This document shows, in pieces, positions 12,236-25,830 of a stretch of 64,000 nt of DNA; position 1 is the first letter of the stretch; each line of letters starts with the position of its first letter. Source of the DNA: Octopus vulgaris (Eukaryota); contig OX597823.1 in the NCBI GenBank assembly GCA_951406725.2, positions 51,336,001-51,400,000 of the forward strand, written 5' to 3'. The notes beneath the pieces are model-generated. The model had not been told where the DNA came from, ran no database searches, and was given only the letters and a program-made list of their open reading frames with translations. A program made the translations under genes and the position numbers.

Positions 12236-12523
12236 TTATTCAATAAAATCGCCATTAGCTTCAACCACAGTCTCCAGACGACTTGGGAATCTCCTGTAGC
12301 TCTTCTGGACAGGCCTCTTGTTTAAGTTGGTGAATGTTGCCATAGTACTTGCCTACAGTTCATCTTTGGTGATACAAAAAGTTTTGTTGCTCTCTTGCGC
12401 AACTGCACCCCACACATAATAATCAAGTGGCTTGCAGTGTTGAGAGTTAGGTGACCAGATGTTAGGGGTGATGTGGTCGTAGAAACTATCTGACAGCCAT
12501 GACTGTGTTTTCTTGCTTGTGTC
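12236..12523 (-). pseudogene. Tc1/mariner superfamily (maT/DD37D-like) transposase C-terminal remnant
   Basis: Manual translation: TSKKTQSWLSDSFYDHITPNIWSPNSQHCKPLDYYVWGAV...KDEL*...RRFPSRLETVVEANGDFIE* (cf. WPPNSPDLNPLDYYVWG). Confidence 0.85.
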
Positions 12524-12644
12524 GGCAGAATTTCAACTTACAACATAAGGAGCAGAAACAAGTGTCGCAATGCATGTTTTTGACGTTTTAGCGAGTCTAT
12601 CGATCTAATCCTACATACATCATATATACAAATGCATACATATG

Positions 12645-12948
12645 TTTGTTCCTTCTCGAGCCATGTCTGGCTCATAAGGGCCGGTTTCCCGGTTTCTTGG
12701 CGTATAGATTCTCTACCTGGACGGGACGCCGGTCCGTCGCAGGTGAGCAGCAAGATGCAGGAGGAAAGAGTTAGAGAAAGTTGTGGCGAAAGAGTCAGCA
12801 GAAGTTCACCATTACCTTCTGCCAGAGCAGCGTGGAGCTTAGGTGTTTCGCTCATAAACACACACACATCACTCGGTCTGAGATTCGAACACGCGATCCC
12901 CCGACCGCGAGTCCGCTGCTCTAATCAGTAGGCCATGTACCTGCACAC
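12645..12948 (-). mobile_element. tRNA-derived SINE, family D
   Basis: Minus-strand head catggcctactgattagagcagcggactcgcggtcgg...gttcgaatc (A/B-box-like); tail cctgcgacggaccggcgtcccgtccag...gaaaccggcccttatgagcc. Confidence 0.75.
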
Positions 12949-12949
12949 T

Positions 12950-13200
12950 AAATGCGCCCTTTTAAATCCTAGCGAGGCTCATGAGCCCGTTTTCCCAGCT
13001 TCAATGGCATACCTGCTCCCCAGCTGGACGGGACGCTGGTCCATCGCAGCGATACTCATTTTTTGCCAGCTGAGTGGACTAGAGCAACGTGAAATGAAGT
13101 GTTTTGTTCAAGAACACAACGCGTCGTCAGGTCCAGGAATCGAAACCACAATCTTATGATCATGATGCTGACACCCTAACCACTAAGCCACGCGCCGCCA
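12950..13200 (-). mobile_element. tRNA-derived CORE-like SINE (family C head with family D-type tail)
   Basis: Head ggcgcgtggcttagtggttagggtg...tttcgattcc; CORE-like gtgttcttgaacaaaacacttcatttcacgttgctctagtccactcagctg; tail ctgcgatggaccagcgtcccgtccag. Confidence 0.8.
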
Positions 13201-13322
13201 CAAATGCATACATACATATAAATACAAACATACGCACAAACACACATACACACACACACTCACACACACACACACACGCACACATGCACATACACACATA
13301 AACACACAAATACACATACATA

Positions 13323-13548
13323 TACAAAGGGATACTGAAAAGTTTCTGGCTTTGGGTAAAAGAAAACACAGGAGGATCAGTGAATTGTGATTTTGTTCAA
13401 CAAATTTTTCTCTCAGATTCACAAATTCATTGAAGTGGTCCTGTAGTTTTCCTAAGTCCTGTAAAAATACTTAGATGGTTGGGCCTACAACCAGGCCTTT
13501 CGCGATACTTTTAAGATAAAACCAGTAACTTTTCAGCATCCCTTCGTA
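13323..13548. mobile_element. Mariner-derived MITE, copy 1
   Basis: ~28-bp imperfect TIRs caaagggatactgaaaagtttctgg / ccagtaacttttcagcatcccttcg flanked by TA; homologous copy at 26216-26434. Confidence 0.85.
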
Positions 13549-13593
13549 TAGATAGATATATATCTATATGCATCTGTGTCCATATATGTATGT

Positions 13594-13595
<2 letters not shown>

Positions 13596-13679
<84 letters not shown>

Positions 13680-13700
13680 TTATATATATATATATACATG
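13596..13700. repeat. (CA)n then (TA)n microsatellite
   Basis: Directly visible. Confidence 0.97.
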
Positions 13701-15519
13701 TATATGTATGTGTGTGTTTATGTGTGTATTTATTGTATGTCTTTATGTACGCTTGCATGTACCTGTGTATGTGTTCTTTGACTTGTTTCATTCGATCGCT
13801 TACGAATTGGAACTCTTTCCAATCGCATCCCAGCACTTTAGTTTTCACCTATCTTTTCTATTTATTAAACAGTGCTTTGCTTATTGTTTATCCTAGAATA
13901 TAAATAATAATGATGTTTGCCTCCTCAGAGTGGAAAAAAAAAAGTAGGTAAATAAAATAACAGCCAAGCCAGGCTAGTGGGTCGTATAGAATACATCATT
14001 TAAAGTAATATTTTGCACTCAGAAATAATCTTCACCAATTATAAGAAAGGAACATGATAGTTACATTTAGCGGTTCGACGGAGATGGATAGAAAAATAGA
14101 TTGATTGATGTAATAGCAAGTATGTTATTTGGTAGATGATAATACGTAGGTAGATAGATCTTTAGTAACAAACGGCAGTTGTTCTTCGAGCTATATCAAA
14201 TCTGTTGTTTTCACTTGATGTTTTTCAATCTCCTGTTTATCACACACATTTCGCCAAGTCTCTTTTCGATGTGTTTTCTTAAAATTTTCTTCTTTTTCCG
14301 ATTATTCTTCACCATTCTTTCAACTTTTGTCACAACTCATTTTCTTTTTCCTATCTTCAAAACCTACCAATTATTCTACACATCGTCTTTTTTCTTTCCT
14401 TCTTAAACCGTCCTTTTTCTGTTGCTCTTTCTTGTTTCCTAACATTTTTCTTACTGTTTTTGTTAAGGTGCTTCATTTTCTCAGCTTATTTTGTTCAGTA
14501 CATACGTTGTTCTTTCTCCATTTTATCTATTTTCTTCTAAATTATTCTTTTTTTCTTTTCTTTTTTTTTTCGATTCGGTTTCGTGAGACTAACACATCTG
14601 TTTATTTAAGTTGTCCTCTTTGTCATGGCGTTTTTATCTCTTTCCACGTTTACACAGGCATTTCTAATATCAATATAGCAAATATTGATCTAACAATTCC
14701 AACAGAACTTTGTTGTAATTTATTATAGATACATTTCTCTTGTTTTCCTACTGATGTATTACATATTGTAATCTTTTTCTCATCACTATGATATCAATCT
14801 TAAAGGTTTATATTAATTATAATCGAAACAGTCGCTATTTGTCTTCTCATATGTTTATTTCATTGTATTTCCAAGCATTTTAATCATTTATCAGATAGTT
14901 ATAGTTTTGTAATGAATAATGTTTAACTAGATAATATCAGTTTGATACTGTACGGTTGTCTGTTCTATAATATCTTCTAAGAAGAATTTCTAATTTTCAT
15001 CCGATCAGTCTAAAGATAAATAAAATAATTGTCAAAGCATAGCAGAGATTACTGGCGTCTCTTAATCGATTATTTTATTTAATATACAGTTGATCGTTTT
15101 CAGTCAGCATTTAACTTCAAATATATAAATCACAAGAAAATGTTCAAATTCTAAGTCTAAATACAGATTAACCTACTTTTTTGAAGCAATTAGAGTCATT
15201 ATATTCAGTGCAAATTAGAGACAGGGAAAAAGAGAAAGAGAGAGAGGGGGGAGAGAAATGAAGGGAGGCAGGCATAGTATTTATCATGAGGCTGTTTGTT
15301 ATTTTTTTTTAAAAACGGTAAGTTACAGAAAACACAACTAGAGCAATACTCATGAATCTTCGAAGTTATTCAATCATGCACTTAACGCGGGTTAATAGAA
15401 ACCCATTAAATATACAATTTCTTTATATTAATAATTTGGTAAATAAGAACGAAACTAATGCTTAAGAAGGAACATCATCGAAAATTATGTTATTTATTAG
15501 AAAATTCCCAGTTGAGAGC

Positions 15520-15899
<380 letters not shown>

Positions 15900-16375
15900 T
15901 ATAATTAAGGGCTAAAGAGGGATATTCTAAAGCCAATACACTGATTTATCCACTTATAATCCGCTTGCTACAGAAGAATTGAAACTGAAAACGGGCAACT
16001 AACCTTTAGAAAATTTAAATTTCGTTATCTCTATATTGAATCAATTTCGGAATTAATCTTATAAAAGATATATTCTTACTTCAGTAGAGCTTTCGATGCG
16101 ATATAAATAAAATACTCACGTATGATCATGGAAAAAGCACAAGCTAAAAACATAACTACACTTGAGTACATCATTTATATCTAAAAATAAAAATTCTTTG
16201 GTCAGCCTCAGAAACAACGTCTTGACCTTTCGCCGCTACAAATTGTAATGGTTACCGGTCCTTCCGTAGCAAGCAGCGAGTTTACTACTAACAATATAGG
16301 ATGAAGTCCCTTTCTCTACAGAGAAATATACTGCCCACGCTTCCTGATGGATTCATTTTCTGTAGAGAAAGGGAC

Positions 16376-16905
16376 GTAAATGGAATTTAGTGTAAAAAGA
16401 CGGACGAAATACTACTGACCAATTTGTTCAGCGTGATAACAATTCTGACAGCTCGCCACCTTATATGATAGTAACAATAATCTTTTTAACTTTAGGCACA
16501 AGGCTTGAAATTTTCAGACAGCGAGCTCGTCGACTATATCGACTCATTTTTCAACAAGTACTAATTTCTTTGACCACGAAAGGATGAAAAGCGAAGTCGA
16601 CCTTGGTAGAATTTGAACTGAAAATATAAAGACACACGAAACGCTGCTAAGCTTTTTGTCCGACGTGCTAGCGTTTCTGCCAGTTCACCATTTTCTGAAT
16701 GATCATAATAATGATTTCAAATTTTGGCACAAGGCCAGCAATTTCGAAGGGGGGGGTCTAAGTCGATTACATCAACACCAGTGCTCTACTGGTACTTAAT
16801 TTATCGACCCCAAAATGTTAAAAGGCAAAGTCCACCTTCATGAAATTTGAACTCAGAGTGTGAAGACGAACGAAATGCCGCTAAGCATTTCGACTGGCGT
16901 GCTAA
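16376..16905 (-). mobile_element. Cluster of about 3 SINE family A copies
   Basis: Repeated family A core with two different tails. Confidence 0.85.
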
Positions 16906-18263
16906 GATTACTTGTAATGGAGGTCATCCAAGTCTCTTGTGTATTGTTACGATTTCCTCGAAAGTATTACAAATTATATAGATCTGTGTATGTTTGCAAT
17001 ATATGTATGTGTATCGTGTGTGTGTGTGTGTGCGTGTGTGTGTGTGTGCATGTGTGTTTGAGAATATGTGTTTGTGTGCGTACGTGCGTGCGTGTGTATG
17101 TTTGCCTACGTGTGCACCGTAGCTGATGTGGAATTACATCCTGCTAGCAAGTAAATGTGTTTGAATGTCCTGAAGGTTGAATTACATACTTAATATGATC
17201 AATTATTGTTCAAATCTGAAGGTGTAATAAATGAAAAAGTTTTTGACGGTATTCACATCTTATTTTCTTCGGAAACATAGAACTGACACGCTAGACAGTG
17301 AAACCATAAATTAAATTAAGAAAAAAAGATCTACAGTTCTTTTTATCAAGTAACTATGCCTATTGGCACATTGTTGCCACGTGGAGTGGCTTTAGTCTAG
17401 CTTAACATCACTGGATCATTCCGTTAGTGGATTTGGTTTTACTAATAGCTTTTTATTGATCAATGTCGTTCATTGTTATCTTTTATTTCCCCTTTATCAC
17501 AAAAGCCATAAAAACAGATAAGCTCTTTCTTTTTTCCTTTTCGATTTTGTTGCTGTTATATATATGTTTTAGAATATAGGGCAGGTCAGGTTCTACTTGT
17601 TACTAGCTCCATGTAACTGAGTAAAATCTGTATTATAAGCTCGTCATCGGTAACTTAAGTGTCCTGGCTGCTGTACAGTTTAATTGATGCGGTGGTGTAT
17701 GGATATCCAGCAGGATGAAAATAAAAACTCATCAAAAATCAATAAAAGAAAGAAAAAAACAACCAATAGAGAAGCTGGCGGCCAACAGCACCTGGAAATG
17801 AAACAAGGGTCTCCTGGTTCTTTCATTATTGAAAAACAGTATTGTTAGGCACCTACGGCGCCCTTATGCTGCACATTTGTGATGCATGGCTGAGTATATA
17901 ATAAATATATTTGGGATGTAAGAATAGAAGAAGATGAGGATAATGGGGCGATTGATATTAACAGAGATAAAAGATTTTATGAGAAAATCTGAGGTTAAAT
18001 CGTATAGGCTTTAAGATAGAAAGTTAGGTTTTACAGATGCAGCATTAATCATCCAGCCACGTTAGTGGTTGAATATATTCTTAAGTCCATCATTTCGTCA
18101 ATCGCAGCAGCTCCCAAGCTTCACCACTTATTCAGTTCTCAACTGTTCTCAACTGTTAATAGTTTTAAAGAGGACACCTCCTCAACTACACTTTGGCATA
18201 AATAGTTTGAGATTTGGTTCGGTAGAAAAAAAGTTACATCAAAATATCTGGAAAAATCGTGTT

Positions 18264-18692
18264 TACATAGTAAAATGCGAGCATGAAATATCATATTCTT
18301 AAGATTATAAACCTGGAAAAGTACAGGACAAGTTATTACACTTGTAAAAGTATAGGACAAGCTATTACTTCAAGTAAAGTAAGGAATAAGAAACTTTTTG
18401 CTTAAAATATTGCAGCTAAAATTAAAATTTGAATATTAAAACTTATTTTATTATAGCTTACAAATAATACTATACTTATTCAAGTAGAATTTGGCTAATT
18501 TACTACCTTCAATACAGAAAAAAGTGACTAATGAAACAAATTACAAATTAGCTGAACAGTTTTGTACAATAAATTTAAAAGATGAGAACTGTAAAGATCG
18601 ATAAATTTTTACAGGTGTAATAACTTGTTCTGTACTTTTCCAGGTTTATAATCTTAAGAATATGACTTTTCATGCTCGCATTTTTCCATGTA
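18264..18692. mobile_element. Foldback/MITE-like element with ~80-bp terminal inverted repeats
   Basis: 18272-18349 is the near-perfect reverse complement of 18607-18684; imperfect pairing extends to TA at both ends. Confidence 0.7.
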
Positions 18693-19489
18693 TTTATTAT
18701 ACAAATATAGTACGAACAAAGGCATAGGAGAAAGCTTTTTAAAAAATCACTATGCAATCATTAGATCATGCGTTCCAGCCCGCTGCTTGACCTTTTGTGC
18801 AAGTATTTCGTTTGTTTGTTTTCTTTGACCATAGGCTCAAACGTGGCTGTGAGGTGAGAAGTTTGTTTCCCAATCACATAGTTCGTGGTTCAGTCCCCTT
18901 GGACAAGTGTCTTCTACTGCAGCCTCGAGCCGCGATGTTTTGTGTGTTTGCGCCCCCACAATGAAAATAAAAGTTCTTAAGCGGAAATGAAACCTTGAAC
19001 ATATATTCGAAATCATGCTCATTGTTTTATGTAAAATGCTGGTTTTTTTTTAAATGTTACAATGACCGAGTCGGATAAGCTAAGCTCATAAAACTTTAGA
19101 ACTAAGAACACCACACACACACGTGAAAACATTATTATACAAGAATATTGTTGATAGTGACTTCGAAATTTTGACTGGTTAAGCAATAATTGGACTGTGA
19201 TCTATTAGAGTTACTCTTGTCATTATATAGTCTCTATTTAGTAAAAATCATCTTTGGCTGTGTGAGTTTGAGTGGGATTGTAATTAGGTTTTTTATGGTT
19301 ATTACCACTCCAGTCCAGTAAACCCCCCACACACAAATATGACTTTAACTAAACAGAAACTATATAAAGACAAGTCAAACTCTAATGTATCGCAGTCCCA
19401 CGATTTGGTTAGCTGGGCGAATCTTCGAAGTCACTGTCAAAAAATGCTTGTATAAGAATGATGAATTTGTACTCTATGAAAATATAGAG

Positions 19490-22085
19490 CAATAGTTCTT
19501 AACCTAGGGGCGTCAGTAATTCCCAAGATGGTGGGGAGGGCGTTAGTAATTTCCAAAGAAGGCATGAGCCCTTGAGAAAAAGCAGGAATTTCCCTAATTA
19601 TATTTGCTATTCCTTTAACTAGAATATGGTCAAATAATGAGATTATGAAAAAATGCAAAAGTGTCGCCTTTAACCTTTCGTTTTTTTATATCCTTTTATC
19701 TTAGCACCGCTTACTATTTTCTGTACTTATTGACCCCACTTCATATCCCTCAAAACCCTCACTAATTCTGAACTGTAGCTTTAACAGTTGCCTTTATTTT
19801 GTAATTTTTTTACAAGACTCAGTTTAAGAACCACAGGAATAAAGCTTAGATATTATTATCATGTAAAGAAAAACATCTTATAAACAAGTTTGATCCACAG
19901 TTTTCATATATATGAAATAATAATGTGATTCTTAAAAATCAAGAGACATGCTGAAACATTATTTAAATCATTATAGTAATATACTAAGAAATATTAACTT
20001 AATTTTTTTTTTAAATTGAAAACAATCTATAAATTTTAGCAAGATGAAAAGTATGGTATATTTAAAAAATGGAAATAAAGCAAAATGTATGTAATAGGTT
20101 TTACTATCACACAATTTAATAAAGTCTCAAAAAAATTAAAACACAGATTGGCAAAATATAAAAAATTTAACAATAAAACCAAAAATTTTAATATTAAATG
20201 TTTATGTTAAAACTATAGTAAATTCTTTTATAAGAAAGAAGTTATAATATAAAGCCAAATTAAACTAAAATTCAGATTTAAATATTACAGAAAGTACTAG
20301 GTAAAACTAAAAAAGCTATGCAAAATCTTTTCTTTTTCAAAGAAACTTTTTTTTATATTTTCGTACAAATAAATACAATATTTTATTGTAGAAATTTCTC
20401 GTATAACATTTCCTTTAATTTAACTTTATTCCAAATGTTTTTGTTGTAAATTTTTTTCAAAACTTCTTACTCCAACGTTCTAACTTCGGCCTTGACATTA
20501 TCTTATACATGCCTCGTCTTTTGTTCACATATTTGTGTTGTCCACAAATAATTCACAATGAGTAAAAAGAAACGGAAGTTTCGAATATATTCGATTTAGA
20601 TTCGTGTCCCTCCAAAAGGGTGACACAGAAATCTCCCAGGTACTGGTATATACTCGTTTTGTGCCATGTAATTGTGTAAAAGAGGAAATGTTCTGTCACT
20701 AGCAGCAGCTATTTTTCGCGATGTATCTAACATCTTTCAGGAAAACCAACTTTTGTGGGATTTGCTGGTAGGGGTGTGCACTGATGAAGCTCTAGCCATG
20801 CTTGGTTTGCAGTCTGGATTCATTACTAGGGTGAAAGAAAAAGCTCTATCTGTTGTAGGTAAACACTGCATACTTCATCGTGAAGCCTTAGCATACTGAA
20901 ATGAGAAATGTCCTGAACGTGGCTATCAAGGTTGTCAACTTTGTTAAACGTGGAGCCTTAAACAGTCGTCTTTTCAAACTGTTGTGTAAAGATATAGAAT
21001 CTGAACATGAAGCATTGCTTTTTCACACGAACATACGATGGCTATCAAAGGGGAACATGCTTGGACGGCTTTATGAACTACAAGTATCAATATTTCTAGA
21101 TTTGCAGTAGAAGGCAGATCTCCATTATAAGTTCCAGTCTGAAGGCATTCAGCTATCTCTAGCTTACCTTATGGACATCTTCGAAGCGTTGAATGCTCTC
21201 AACCTTAAACTACAAGGGGTAAACATCAACATTCGCACGTACCACATCACCATTCGAAACTTCATGGCCAAACTCGACCTCTGTAAATGTCGTATTCATC
21301 AGAGAAATGCAACCAGTTTTGGTTACATGGATTCTGCTCTCATTCACGATGACATTGATTCTGAGTTAAAGAAACAAATAATCACTCATCTAACTGGCTT
21401 GGAAACAGAGTTCATCAGATAATTCCTAGATATAGATGGAAAGCTTGAAGCTTGGAAATTCATCAGGAACTCATTTCAGTCTAAAGTGACCGATGTTTTG
21501 GATGAAGTGCAAGAGGAGTTTCTTGAGCTGAATTTCAACCTCTCTAGCTAAGGAAGATTTCAAAGAACTGGATCTTGACACATTCTTGATCAAGTACATT
21601 CCTGTTTAGCCTCTGATCTCACATCAGGCTCTTCGGATTTTAACTATGTTTGGATCGACGTATCTTAGTGAAGCTGTATGTTCCACACTCGTTGCTGTGA
21701 AGGCCAAGTACAGAAACAAGCTGAATGTTTAAAGGGCTTACGTTCTGAACTCTCTCGTATTCAACCACGCATTCAAGATCTTGTAGCTAAGAAGCAGTGT
21801 CAAGTATATCACTAACAATGTAACTAATTCATACTCAATAAAAAAACAACTTTATTTTGCTAAGAAGCAGTGTCAAGTATCCCGCATTTTGGATAATGTG
21901 ATTATATATAAAATTATACATATTTTGTATAACATAACTAATTCATATTCAATAAAAAGACTAAAAACATATTTTAGATTCTTTTTTAATCTGGGAGGGA
22001 ATTTTATTCATAGATGCAAGGGGAGCGTGGCGAGAAGGACAAATTCTTAGGGGAGTCGTGGTAGTAAAAAGGTTAAGAACCACTG
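19490..22085 (+). mobile_element. hAT DNA transposon (Charlie/Buster-like), internally deleted
   Basis: TIRs caatagttcttaacct / aggttaagaaccactg; 8-bp TSD atatagag (19482-19489) vs gtatagag (22086-22093); transposase pseudogene inside. Confidence 0.92.
20558..21815 (+). pseudogene. hAT (Buster/ZBED5-like) transposase pseudogene
   Basis: MSKKKRK start; CTDEALAM (cf. CTDGAPAM), HCILHREALA, LLFHTNIRWLSKG, FGSTYLSE, KAKYRNKL, PRIQDLVAKKQCQVYH*; multiple stops and frameshifts and a large N-terminal deletion. Confidence 0.92.
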
Positions 22086-23508
22086 GTATAGAGTAACCCA
22101 TCAGATTAATGTAAAGTTTTTTTATTATAACTGCACACAAAAATAAACATTAATACACACACACACACACATACACATAATTAACACCAAAGCGCTAATC
22201 ATTGTTGAGGAAATAAATTTTCCACTGAGCGGAGCACTATAAAATACCAATGATTATTTTCTTGTCTACAAATACAAAGCAAAAGTCTAAGTTCACTGCG
22301 ATATGATTTAACCCATGAAAATTGAATGACGAAAATATACAATGCTTAAATCAGATTCATTTGCACTTTATAGTTTGAACAGTTTATCATTTCTCAATCC
22401 ATTTATAAAAATTGAAATTATTGTCAATATAAGTTCATCAATAATCATTATCTTACTCAAACTATAATCTATACGAAATGCTGCTAATCAATATTGTAAA
22501 GAGAACTAAAATATCATATTGAATATTAAAACTCATGTAGAATTTGATCGAACCGACAATATTATAAAATATGATTTATGCGCCGTCCAGAAGAATATTC
22601 ATGTATTTATTTGCTATTTTACAAGCTCCGAATAATTGGTCATTATTTCGCACTGTTGGCTGTTTAATTATGATCTAAATAAATACGAGGAAGTTGTTTT
22701 GCATTTGAGTTTTGCAATTCGATTAGGATAAGGATCTGTTAATTAGATAAGCACTGTTTATATGTATGTTGCATTTAATTAATTTATTTCTACCCACCAG
22801 AGAGGTCATACTTGATATCCCTTTACAACTAGTTTCGAAGTTTATGACCGTTTCTTTAACACTCTGTGGTATACTTCACTCCCAAGAGATCATCCATCCT
22901 CATCAGAATCCTTTATTCATAACCTGTGTGGCATATGTGGTTGTCAATTGAACGCGATCTTTAAGGGTTCTAGCCGCACTGTAAAGAGAATGAACGCTGT
23001 CCGTTGTGACTTTGACAACTTTATTTAATGCTCATTTCAGGAATTTTATAATATCCAAACAAATAAATTTTCTTATTATTATTCTGACATACTTTTCCTT
23101 AGAGTGAACACCATATTCTAACAAGTACTCTCGAACTGTGATGAAAATAATTAATGAGTATGCAGAAATGTCTGAGATCTCCGAGGGACCGTAATAATCT
23201 ACAACTAATATCAATTTTAAATAGATAAATTCTAACGAGGATCCTGTTAATCACTCACCTAATTTATATATACATACATATATATACATACATGCACACA
23301 TATATTTAGACACACACAGATACACACATTCCATACACGAGCGAGCATGCACGCATGCAAAGGCGTATGCGCGTGGTTCCTTCTTACTATGTGTATATGT
23401 GTGTGTGCGTGTGTTAAATATAACAACAATATTATATATAGCTGTGCATATGTCTCTGTATATGCATGTATGGTGTGTATTTATGTCTGTGTTTGTGTGT
23501 GTACTATA

Positions 23509-23540
<32 letters not shown>

Positions 23541-23553
23541 CATATATATATAC

Positions 23554-23590
<37 letters not shown>

Positions 23591-23858
23591 TATATGTATT
23601 TACACATATATGGATATGCATATGTATATACACATACATTCATGTATATATATAAATTAAATAGAGAGATACAAATGATAATCCAGTACTTTATTTATAT
23701 TACATACAACATAATATACTATGAATAAATTATTATCTCTCTATTTAAATTATTGTTTGTAATTTGCATTATACCCATATATATGTGGTATTCAATCGCC
23801 GTACCAGTGAACTGGATGCTTTACATACCCCTTCGAAGGAATTTTTTCCTTTGTTTTT

Positions 23859-23917
<59 letters not shown>

Positions 23918-23923
<6 letters not shown>

Positions 23924-24090
23924 CCAAACATCAAAACACAAAGAGAAAACACAATAACGCTATGACGTGGAACAAGTATAGTGTTATTGGACGCTCAAGA
24001 AAAGAAAAAGAAGGATTTAACGTTTCGAGTGGAGGTCTTCGTCAGAAACATAGAAAAGGGAAAGATCCAAAGAAAGGAAGACGGAGAAAT
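23918..24090 (-). mobile_element. Penelope-like terminal fragment with hammerhead motif next to (TA)n
   Basis: Abuts (TA)n at ~23865-23917; minus-strand hammerhead motif at 24015-24049. Confidence 0.55.
24015..24049 (-). ncRNA. Minimal type I hammerhead ribozyme-like motif
   Basis: Minus strand gttt-CTGACGA-agacctccactc-GAAA-cg-TT-aaat; palindromic ACGT stem III; stem II partly mismatched. Confidence 0.6.
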
Positions 24091-24408
24091 ATATATTTAT
24101 GTATACATATTTACACACAATATGTATAATATCAATGTGAGTATGTATGAATTATTTATTTTAATATCAAGTTATATATTAAGGAATTTTATATATAACT
24201 GAAGAATTACTCAATATTTTGTAGTAGAGTAAATATTTAATAACTTTCACAAGGAAAATGTTGACAGTGACTTTAAAGTTTTAGCTTGCTTAGATTCATC
24301 TGACACTGATAAAGGAATACAAGACGACACATTCAAGTCAATCTTTTCTTTGCTGAAGTTACTCCACACGCGCGCGTCTGTATATATCGATGCATAAGCA
24401 GACCCAAC

Positions 24409-24468
24409 ATGGCTAATATGTTTGATAAGTTCGACATTCATCTCGAACGTTTCAATATGTCAGTATCT
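24409..24468 (+). CDS. Candidate first coding exon (MANMFDKFDIHLERFNMSVS), product unknown
   Basis: ccaacATGG start context, 20 open codons, then GTAAGT donor (phase 0) in repeat-free sequence; no homology recognised and no downstream exon identified. Confidence 0.25.
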
Positions 24469-25187
24469 GTAAGTAAGCCTTAATTAGAGACTGGTCTCCA
24501 AATGGCTGTAAATTTGCCAAGAAATTATAACGAGCACTGTGGAGTTTGAAGTTAAATAAGTTAGTATGACCAAACGAGACGATACAGATATATCGTGTGG
24601 GTCAGTTCAGACAGATGCAGTTTGCACGCTGTAGTGACAGTAAAAGAGGTATGAAGAAGAAACCGCCTTTTTCAGTCAAATATTAAAGCGTGTTGGTGAG
24701 AATTAGCTATTCCTCTAGCCGTTCTTTCGATGCGATGTATACTGTCGCGGTGAAATTCGTCCTTCGGAAAAGAGCGGTTAGAACACCCGCAAACATCATC
24801 CTCTCCACGTATATTTTCGCTATTGGCAGGCTCGGGATCTTTACAGTGTATCGACACTATTGCCAGAAAAAAGCTACAAAACTTCGTACTGCTCAATTTT
24901 AAAATTAAATAATGAAAAGAAAGATATCTGTATTTTAGAAATATATGAATTATATATTCTTGAATGAAGAAACCCCCCCCACACACACACTCACGCACAC
25001 ACGCACGCGCGCATACACACTGGTGTGTGTGTATATATATATGTGTGTATGCATGCATGCATATATGTATGTATATATGTATATATATATATATCCATAT
25101 ATATATACATATGTATGTATATTTACATACGCACACACACACAAACATATATATATATATATATATATACAAATATATATATATATA

Positions 25188-25363
25188 TATATATAAAACT
25201 GAGAATGTGTCTCTGTCTGTCTGGTGTCTGTATGTACGCATCACTATACCTCGAAAACTACCCAACAGATATCATTCAAATTTTGCACATGCCTTACATA
25301 GGGTCCATGCAGTGTCATGAGTCAAAAAGAATTTTCAACGTCTTGTCTAATGCGAAAAATCGC

Positions 25364-25442
<79 letters not shown>

Positions 25443-25788
25443 CCTTATGAGTGGATTTCGTACACGGAAATTAAAAGAAGACTGTGATATATAGGTGTAT
25501 ATTTGTGTTTGTGTGTGTGTGTGTCTTTGTGTGTGTATGAGTGTGCCTGTGCTTGTATCCCCACCTTTGCTTAACAACCGATGTTGCTGTTTTTACTTAC
25601 CCATAGCCAAGCGGTTTGGCAAAATACACTGCTAAAATAAGTACTAGGCTTACAAAGAATAAAGTCTGTCGTCAATTTGTTCGACCAACGGCAGTGCTCC
25701 AACATGGCCGCAATCACATGATTGAAACAAGCAAAGTAATAAAGAACTAATCCATTATAATCCCGAGCATTGCCGGTTATCTCTGCTA

Positions 25789-25789
<1 letters not shown>
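25188..25789 (+). mobile_element. Probable non-autonomous Helitron, interrupted by (TA)n and a SINE B fragment
   Basis: 5' tatatataaaactgagaatgtgtctctgtctgtc...ttcaaattttgcaca; 3' imperfect hairpin cccgagcattgccgg about 10 nt before CTAG|T; no TSD. Confidence 0.6.
25440..25745 (+). mobile_element. SINE family B (5'-truncated) nested in the Helitron
   Basis: gccttatgagtggattt...aacaaccgatgttgctg...ggcagtgctccaacatggccgcaatcacatgattgaaac. Confidence 0.8.

Positions 25790-25829
<40 letters not shown>

Positions 25830-25830
<1 letters not shown>

Noticed and set aside
16082-16132. Minus-strand ...cgcatc-GAAAGCTC resembling a Penelope hammerhead
   Set aside because: Core reads CATGATCA instead of CTGATGA and stem I is absent; too degenerate to call
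24672-25265. 197-aa minus-strand ORF
   Set aside because: Two thirds is microsatellite or Helitron sequence; the complex C-terminal part has no recognisable motif or convincing splice sites
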